A stretch of DNA of 32,000 bases from Promethearchaeota archaeon (GTDB taxonomy: Archaea > Asgardarchaeota > Lokiarchaeia > Sigyniarchaeales > Promethearchaeaceae), in NCBI GenBank assembly GCA_016933055.1, contig JAFGBS010000004.1, positions 120,001 to 152,000 of the forward strand. The letters run 5' to 3'. Below are positions 26,829-32,000 of this stretch, piece after piece (within the stretch, counting starts at the first letter, position 1; the number at the start of each line of letters is the position of its first letter). The position numbers and the translations under genes are program-made. The notes under the pieces were generated by a model. That model had not been told where the DNA came from. It did not search any database and saw nothing but the letters and a program-made list of their open reading frames with translations.

Positions 26829-28061
26829 TCATGCTTTTTCCTGGTCTTTCCGTTTTTTGAGTTTTAATGCCGTAAAAATCCCTTTTTCCTTAATCACTTT
26901 TTTTGTTAAATCCCCCTCGGTCATTGAAAAGAATTTTCGTCCAAATTTCTTCACTTTTTCCCAATCTATTGGGATAGCTAATCCAGGACCGTCCGGTAAC
27001 TCTAAAAATCCATCGTTCGGCATAATAGGTTCGGTTAAAATTCCATCTCGATATCGAGGTTCCCAAGATCCTGGTTCATAAGGGAATTCTAATGGATGAG
27101 TATAATCAGAAAGTGCAAATAAATGCATATTAATCCATTGACCGACACCATTTGTCCACGTATGCGGTGAGTATGATAATTGAGGATCATTATTACATGC
27201 GTTAATCACTTTCAAAGTATCAAAAATTCCAAATACGGTACAATCTGGTTGGTACAGATCATAACTGCCGAAATGTAAAAACATACGTGCTTCATGCCAA
27301 CCAGCATTTAATTCGGCACCAGCTATCTTTGTTTTTTTGCTAAAATGACGCAATTCTGCTAGTTCTTCATACATGTGCATCTCTAAGGGTTCTTCTAACC
27401 ATTCGATGTTACTTTTTTCTACCTGATCGATGAAATCTTTTGCTCTTTGCAGTGACCATGCAGGAGTTCGTTCCACAATCGTAACTCTCCATCCTTGATT
27501 CGCATCAACCCCTAATCGGATGGAAGGATTGACCAATAAGCGAGTTTGATTTATCACGTTAACATCTTCTTGCAAAGTCTTCGCATGGATCCGCAATTTT
27601 ACTGCATGATATCCCTCCTCATGTGCAGTTTTTATTATTTCTGAGTGATCCTTAGGACGACACACTTCACCCGTACTCCAATACACAGGAATTGACTTAT
27701 TTTGACCTCCGAGTAATTTCCACACTGGAATTCCTTGCATTTGCGCTTGAATATCGTAAAAAGCAGCTTCCATCCAAAAATTACGCCACCCAAGAAAACT
27801 TCCTTCAATAATTCGTTGATGACCTAACTCTATGTCAGTTGGATCCAATCCCAATAAATATGGAGCTAAAAGCCCCCCCAATCCCCCTCTCTCATCCCCA
27901 AAAGCGACACCTGCTGCCAATCCTGTAAATCCGTCATCTGTAGACAATCTTAGAAGAGTGAATCTATTATGAGTTTGAGGATACCCTGGGATCCAAGCGG
28001 GGTAAAACGGTTTTTTTAGTGGAATATTGATGTGCCACAATTCTACTTTAGTGATTTTCAT
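26829..28061 (-). CDS. Mandelate racemase/muconate lactonizing enzyme family protein (enolase superfamily); substrate unknown
   Basis: Capping domain TDDGFTG, LLGLDP, YDIQAQMQGIPVWKLLGG; K-x-R; metal ligands VDANQ, WLEEP, GAEL; QPD and PH catalytic positions. Confidence 0.9.
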   Translation of the reverse strand: MKITKVELWHINIPLKKPFYPAWIPGYPQTHNRFTLLRLSTDDGFTGLAAGVAFGDERGGLGGLLAPYLLGLDPTDIELGHQRIIEGSFLGWRNFWMEAAFYDIQAQMQGIPVWKLLGGQNKSIPVYWSTGEVCRPKDHSEIIKTAHEEGYHAVKLRIHAKTLQEDVNVINQTRLLVNPSIRLGVDANQGWRVTIVERTPAWSLQRAKDFIDQVEKSNIEWLEEPLEMHMYEELAELRHFSKKTKIAGAELNAGWHEARMFLHFGSYDLYQPDCTVFGIFDTLKVINACNNDPQLSYSPHTWTNGVGQWINMHLFALSDYTHPLEFPYEPGSWEPRYRDGILTEPIMPNDGFLELPDGPGLAIPIDWEKVKKFGRKFFSMTEGDLTKKVIKEKGIFTALKLKKRKDQEKA

Positions 28062-28130
28062 TATTCAACAGATCCCATTGGAATCTAATTACTTAAAAAA
28101 GTTTAGAGACTTTTAACAATTCCATTCAAG

Positions 28131-29285
28131 TTAATTGCTGCGGAGGATGTGGAGAAGCGTTTGTGGAATGTCCTTGTAATCAGAAACCGGATAAAATTTT
28201 CCATGACCCGCTTCCGCAATATTTCTGCAAATTTTTAATCCCTCATAATGCAACTTCTTCGGGGGCGGCATAGCGATAACATGAAGTTTTGGATAATTTT
28301 TTGCAATTAATGATGGATTTTTCCCCCGATTATAGTTTCCATCGGTAATAAGGATACCGAACTTCTTCTTTCCCTTTACTTTATGTAGCTCGTTTAGTCC
28401 TCTTTTTAACGCATTTTCAATATTGGTGAATCCCACTGCTTCGGAATCTAGAATCTCATCGATCAATTTTGAAATGGGGGTCTTGGATATCTCTTCATTA
28501 ATTGCTTTCAACACCATGGAATTGGAATTAAAGAGAATAATGGCAAATCTATGTTTCCGCATGGTATAAGTCAGAATACTGGTTGTAAGAGCTGCATTCA
28601 CTAAAGATCTTCCATACATTGATCCACTAGTGTCTAATATCAGAACGATTGTTTTCTTCAGTTGATTTCGTTCTACTCCCACTATATCTTGATAAGTAAT
28701 ATATCGATACTCTCCTTTTTCTAAAACGTTCGTAAATGTTTGATTTAAATCAAATTCCACCATTCCCGGATAATACGGTACTCGAACTCGTTCCATTCCT
28801 TTCTCTATTCCTCGTCCTGCAACATGCAAGGTGGTTTTCAGAATAACATTACGAGCTAGTTGACGAAGCAATGTCTTGTACTTCTTCGGGGCTATTGTTC
28901 TGACCATAAAGAAGATATTGAGAAGAACCGTCCCCTTGGATTGAGATTCCATTTCGGAAAAAAAAGATGTACCTTCATTCGTGAAAAGAGCACTTGATGC
29001 AGCAAAAATATTCGTTTTTAGTAATGCCATAATCGCCTTTGGATTCTGGTGCTGAATTGCCAGACTTGTCATTTCCTTTATCTCGGTAAAGGGTAGCGAT
29101 TTACTGAGATTTTCGTAATATGAAGGCTTCTGACTTCCCCGAATGATTGCTGCACTCATCAAGTCCTTATTTGAGGTTCGGTTTGGAATTCTTAGAGTAT
29201 CTTTTTCTCGATCCAATTCTGCTTCATCGGTTGGACTAGAAACCTTGGCAGCTATTAAAAATCCTTTAAAACTGAGTGGACACAA
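28131..29285 (-). CDS. VWA-domain protein (CoxE-like MoxR partner)
   Basis: MIDAS LILDTSGSM, GFTNIENAL, LITDG; PGMVEFDLNQT. The start is uncertain (29285 or 29159). Confidence 0.88.
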   Translation of the reverse strand: MCPLSFKGFLIAAKVSSPTDEAELDREKDTLRIPNRTSNKDLMSAAIIRGSQKPSYYENLSKSLPFTEIKEMTSLAIQHQNPKAIMALLKTNIFAASSALFTNEGTSFFSEMESQSKGTVLLNIFFMVRTIAPKKYKTLLRQLARNVILKTTLHVAGRGIEKGMERVRVPYYPGMVEFDLNQTFTNVLEKGEYRYITYQDIVGVERNQLKKTIVLILDTSGSMYGRSLVNAALTTSILTYTMRKHRFAIILFNSNSMVLKAINEEISKTPISKLIDEILDSEAVGFTNIENALKRGLNELHKVKGKKKFGILITDGNYNRGKNPSLIAKNYPKLHVIAMPPPKKLHYEGLKICRNIAEAGHGKFYPVSDYKDIPQTLLHILRSN

Positions 29286-30193
29286 TCATGTATTACATCT
29301 TTCAATGAACTTTCAGAACTTTCTTCTAACTCAATTTTTGTGGATAAAGCCATTTCAGCAGCTTCGTACCAAAATTCTACTGTTTCTAGTGGAAGAGCAT
29401 TTGAATGATTGATAATATAGGTTAACATCAATGTTGCTAAGTCTATTCCTGCTCGTATGGATGCAGATCGTTGCAAATTTGGATGGTTTCTTGTGATACG
29501 CGAGATTTTAGCAGCCATAGTTGCGATTTTCTTCAAAATTTCGATTTCCACAATACTCCTTTTTTTTATTCCACTTCCGGTTACGATGAGAAAATCCGTT
29601 AATTTCTGGATTATGATTTCAATCTCTTCTTCTTCGTTTTGATAGGCTAGGTTTAACCACACAAAACGATCCTTTAGAGCCTCTCCGAGGGAGCTCGTAC
29701 CAACATGTGCACGCGGATTAATTGTTGTTATTACCAGGAACCCATTTTTGCTGTACAGTTGTTTCAATTTGGGAATATCTAGAAATCCTTCATCCAATGC
29801 TGATAGAAGAACATTTTGAGTGCTTTCAGGTAATCGATTCAATTCATTAATGAATAAAACATCCCCCGCTTTCATGGCTTTTGACAAAGGACCATATATA
29901 AAGGCATCTTCATTATAACCCTTTTCTAAAACAATTGGAGGATCGAAATATCCCGTTAGAACATGGCTTAATACATCTTCCGATCCATCAACCCGAATAA
30001 AATTTTTATCCATATATGCGGAAAATGCACGTGCAAGAGTTGTTTTCGAGGTACCAATCTCTCCTTCCAACAAAATATTTTTACGTGAATGGTAGGCAAT
30101 TAAAATTTTTTTTAATTCGGCAGACCGACCAACAATTTTGTATTTATGTTGAATTTCGCGCACTTGAGAATCTAAATCCATAGGTGTTACCAA
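29255..30193 (-). CDS. MoxR/CoxD-family AAA+ ATPase
   Basis: IVGR..EL, Walker A GEIGTSKT, LTGYFDP, GPL..AM..G, variant Walker B FINE, NRLP...QNVL, EALKDRF. Confidence 0.9.
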   Translation of the reverse strand: MVTPMDLDSQVREIQHKYKIVGRSAELKKILIAYHSRKNILLEGEIGTSKTTLARAFSAYMDKNFIRVDGSEDVLSHVLTGYFDPPIVLEKGYNEDAFIYGPLSKAMKAGDVLFINELNRLPESTQNVLLSALDEGFLDIPKLKQLYSKNGFLVITTINPRAHVGTSSLGEALKDRFVWLNLAYQNEEEEIEIIIQKLTDFLIVTGSGIKKRSIVEIEILKKIATMAAKISRITRNHPNLQRSASIRAGIDLATLMLTYIINHSNALPLETVEFWYEAAEMALSTKIELEESSESSLKDVIHDCVHSVLKDF

Positions 30194-30204
30194 TGTACCT
30201 AAAC

Positions 30205-32000
30205 TTATGATATTTTAGAAATCGCAATCGCTGCTTGCCCCACACTTATTCCCGCATCTCCAGGAGGAACGTTATTATGGTGTAATAAATGAACAGCGTA
30301 TTGATTCTTTTGTTCTAATTCTCGAAGATGATTATAAAATGCGTCGTATATTTGATCATTATATGCGACTCCACCACTCAATCCAATATATTTGGCAGAC
30401 TTGTTAACCGCTGTCCGAAAACAACCATATGCAAAGATTTTCCCAATAGAATTTAAGATAGAAGCAGCAATATCGGGAAGGTTATTCGGAGAAAACGAGT
30501 GGTTAGATGCTATTGTTATCAATTTTTTGATTAATAATTCAGAAGGAATTACATGGCTTTCGGAATTATTGTCAAGATGAGCAATTATTTCAGATGAAAA
30601 ATCATATTTAGATGGATTTCCAGTATAGGATGATCCTTCCAGCCTCATTGCTGGCTCCCCCCGATAATATTTTCGGTCACACACTCCTAAAATATTCGAA
30701 ACCGAATCCAATAATCTCCCACAACTGCTCGAATAGGCAACATTTCTACCCAATTTATAACTAGTAAGAATGGAATCAAGTTCTTGGATTCTGTGTGTAA
30801 GTTTGTCTGCAATTTTTAACTTGTCAGCGTACTCCTTTGCTTTTTCTAATCCAAACAGTTGCAATAAAAAACCTACTACCATGCGTGCCGGGTAGGTTAC
30901 ACATAGATCTCCTCCCACCATAGGAATGTAGGATAGATGGTAAGTTCGTTCCATAGTTGCATAGGAGCCATAAATAATTTCCCCTCCCCAGACTTTTCCA
31001 TCTAGACCATACCCTACTCCATCGAGTGTTGCGACTACAGCAGGGATATTTCTATCAATTTTATTATCCACTAATAAACTTGCTGCATGAGCAAAATGAT
31101 GTTGCACATTAAATGAGAGGGGAATGCCCATCTCTTCTTGGAAATTATGTGCCAATCGTGTGGATTGAAATCGAGGATGGAGATCCATTGCTATATAATC
31201 AAGTTGGCTATTCTCCAACTTCAACAGAGATTTCATGTGTAAAATGGATTTTTTAAGGAATTCATAGGTCTCAAGATTATTTACATTTCCAATATGCTGA
31301 GTAGGGAAAAGACGATGGCCTCTAGATACCAATCCGGTGGAATTCAACTCAGCACCCACAGCAATCCCGCCTGTAATATCTGGATTAAATGGAAGGGGGA
31401 GATATTCGGGTACATATCCTCTCGACCTTCGTAACAGTTTGGTATAAGAGTTTTGCACCCGTATTACGCTATCGTCTACTCTTTGATAGATTTCCCTATT
31501 ATGTAATAAAAATCCGTCTGCTAAATGACTGAGTTGCGCAACTACCGTGTCGGGAGATATTGCCATCGGTAGGTCGGAAAAATTACCACTAGTAAATATT
31601 AATGGAACCTTCCCGATTTGTTGAAATAACAAATGATGGATGCCTGCGTACGGTAGCATAATACCAATATTGTGTAATCCTGGTGAAATAGAATCATTAA
31701 GAGATCCTGGTTTTTTTGGTAACAGTACAATAGGTCGACGGTATGAAAGGAGCTCTGATTTTTCTTTTTGGGTGTATTCAACATATTGATTAGCAGAATC
31801 TAAATTTGGTACCATAACAGCAAAGGGCTTAGTCTTTCTTTTGCGTTTTCTTGTCCGAATGGTCTCAATAACTTTAGGATTTCGTGCATCCCCCACAATA
31901 TGCACACCTCCAATCCCCATAACTGCGAGAATCTTTCCCGATAGGATATACTTCGCAGCAATTTGAATAGATTTTGTAGATTCCAAAGAAATTTTATTTC
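30205..32000 (-). CDS. hypF: Carbamoyltransferase HypF ([NiFe]-hydrogenase maturation), 5' part lies outside the window
   Basis: GIGG.H, KPFAVM, MLPYAGIHHLL, TSGN, DDSVIR, RRSRGYVP, DLHP, QHHFAH, LDGVGYGLDG..WGGE, SSSCGRLLD, GDAGISVGQ. The frame is open to the window edge. Confidence 0.96.
   Translation of the reverse strand, partial: NKISLESTKSIQIAAKYILSGKILAVMGIGGVHIVGDARNPKVIETIRTRKRKRKTKPFAVMVPNLDSANQYVEYTQKEKSELLSYRRPIVLLPKKPGSLNDSISPGLHNIGIMLPYAGIHHLLFQQIGKVPLIFTSGNFSDLPMAISPDTVVAQLSHLADGFLLHNREIYQRVDDSVIRVQNSYTKLLRRSRGYVPEYLPLPFNPDITGGIAVGAELNSTGLVSRGHRLFPTQHIGNVNNLETYEFLKKSILHMKSLLKLENSQLDYIAMDLHPRFQSTRLAHNFQEEMGIPLSFNVQHHFAHAASLLVDNKIDRNIPAVVATLDGVGYGLDGKVWGGEIIYGSYATMERTYHLSYIPMVGGDLCVTYPARMVVGFLLQLFGLEKAKEYADKLKIADKLTHRIQELDSILTSYKLGRNVAYSSSCGRLLDSVSNILGVCDRKYYRGEPAMRLEGSSYTGNPSKYDFSSEIIAHLDNNSESHVIPSELLIKKLITIASNHSFSPNNLPDIAASILNSIGKIFAYGCFRTAVNKSAKYIGLSGGVAYNDQIYDAFYNHLRELEQKNQYAVHLLHHNNVPPGDAGISVGQAAIAISKIS

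Noticed and set aside
3554-31784. Many short ORFs antisense to, or out of frame within, long genes (e.g. 4101-4424, 11741-12109, 13889-14215, 17206-17652, 26271-26612, 29143-29412)
   Set aside because: They are shadows of well-supported genes, with skewed Ser/Phe/Ile composition and no motifs.
31820-31930. HypF deviations (AVMGIGG rather than the usual K-G-x-GG; one extra residue in the RK-x-R-x-x-KP motif)
   Set aside because: All other HypF motifs are intact; probably lineage variation and not interpretable without an alignment.
11096-32000. tRNA as a possible integration site for an island
   Set aside because: I saw no integrase and no duplicated tRNA 3' end, and the flanking genes are core housekeeping.

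Overview
AT-rich, gene-dense archaeal chromosomal DNA, most consistent with an Asgard archaeon of the Lokiarchaeia type. This is inferred from the histone with a short basic tail, aRF1, archaeosine TGT, CarS, PoK/PPS, MfnB, a tRNA-Leu(CAA) with a bulge-helix-bulge intron, and long dark helical ORFs. It is mostly housekeeping: multi-OB RPA, mfnB plus a HisA-like gene, histone, pyrH, pantoate kinase, aRF1, phosphopantothenate synthetase, N-acetyltransferase, tRNA-Leu, smc-scpA-scpB, tgtA, AK6/Fap7, carS, an enolase-superfamily enzyme, a MoxR/VWA pair and a partial hypF. I saw no mobile element, CRISPR array or rRNA. The most striking feature is the smc-scpA-scpB operon. Its 1473-aa SMC has intact ATPase heads but no recognisable hinge domain and no zinc hook; a pseudo-repeated acidic helical apex sits in their place. 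Its arms are unusually long and appear built from tandemly duplicated modules, with an exact 90-residue period in the C-terminal arm. Other candidates are a possible PAC3/PAC4-like proteasome chaperone, a zinc-finger protein with a possible tubby/LURP/scramblase-like barrel, and a dark operon of two ~780-aa helical proteins. All family assignments come from motif recognition by eye; no database searches were run.
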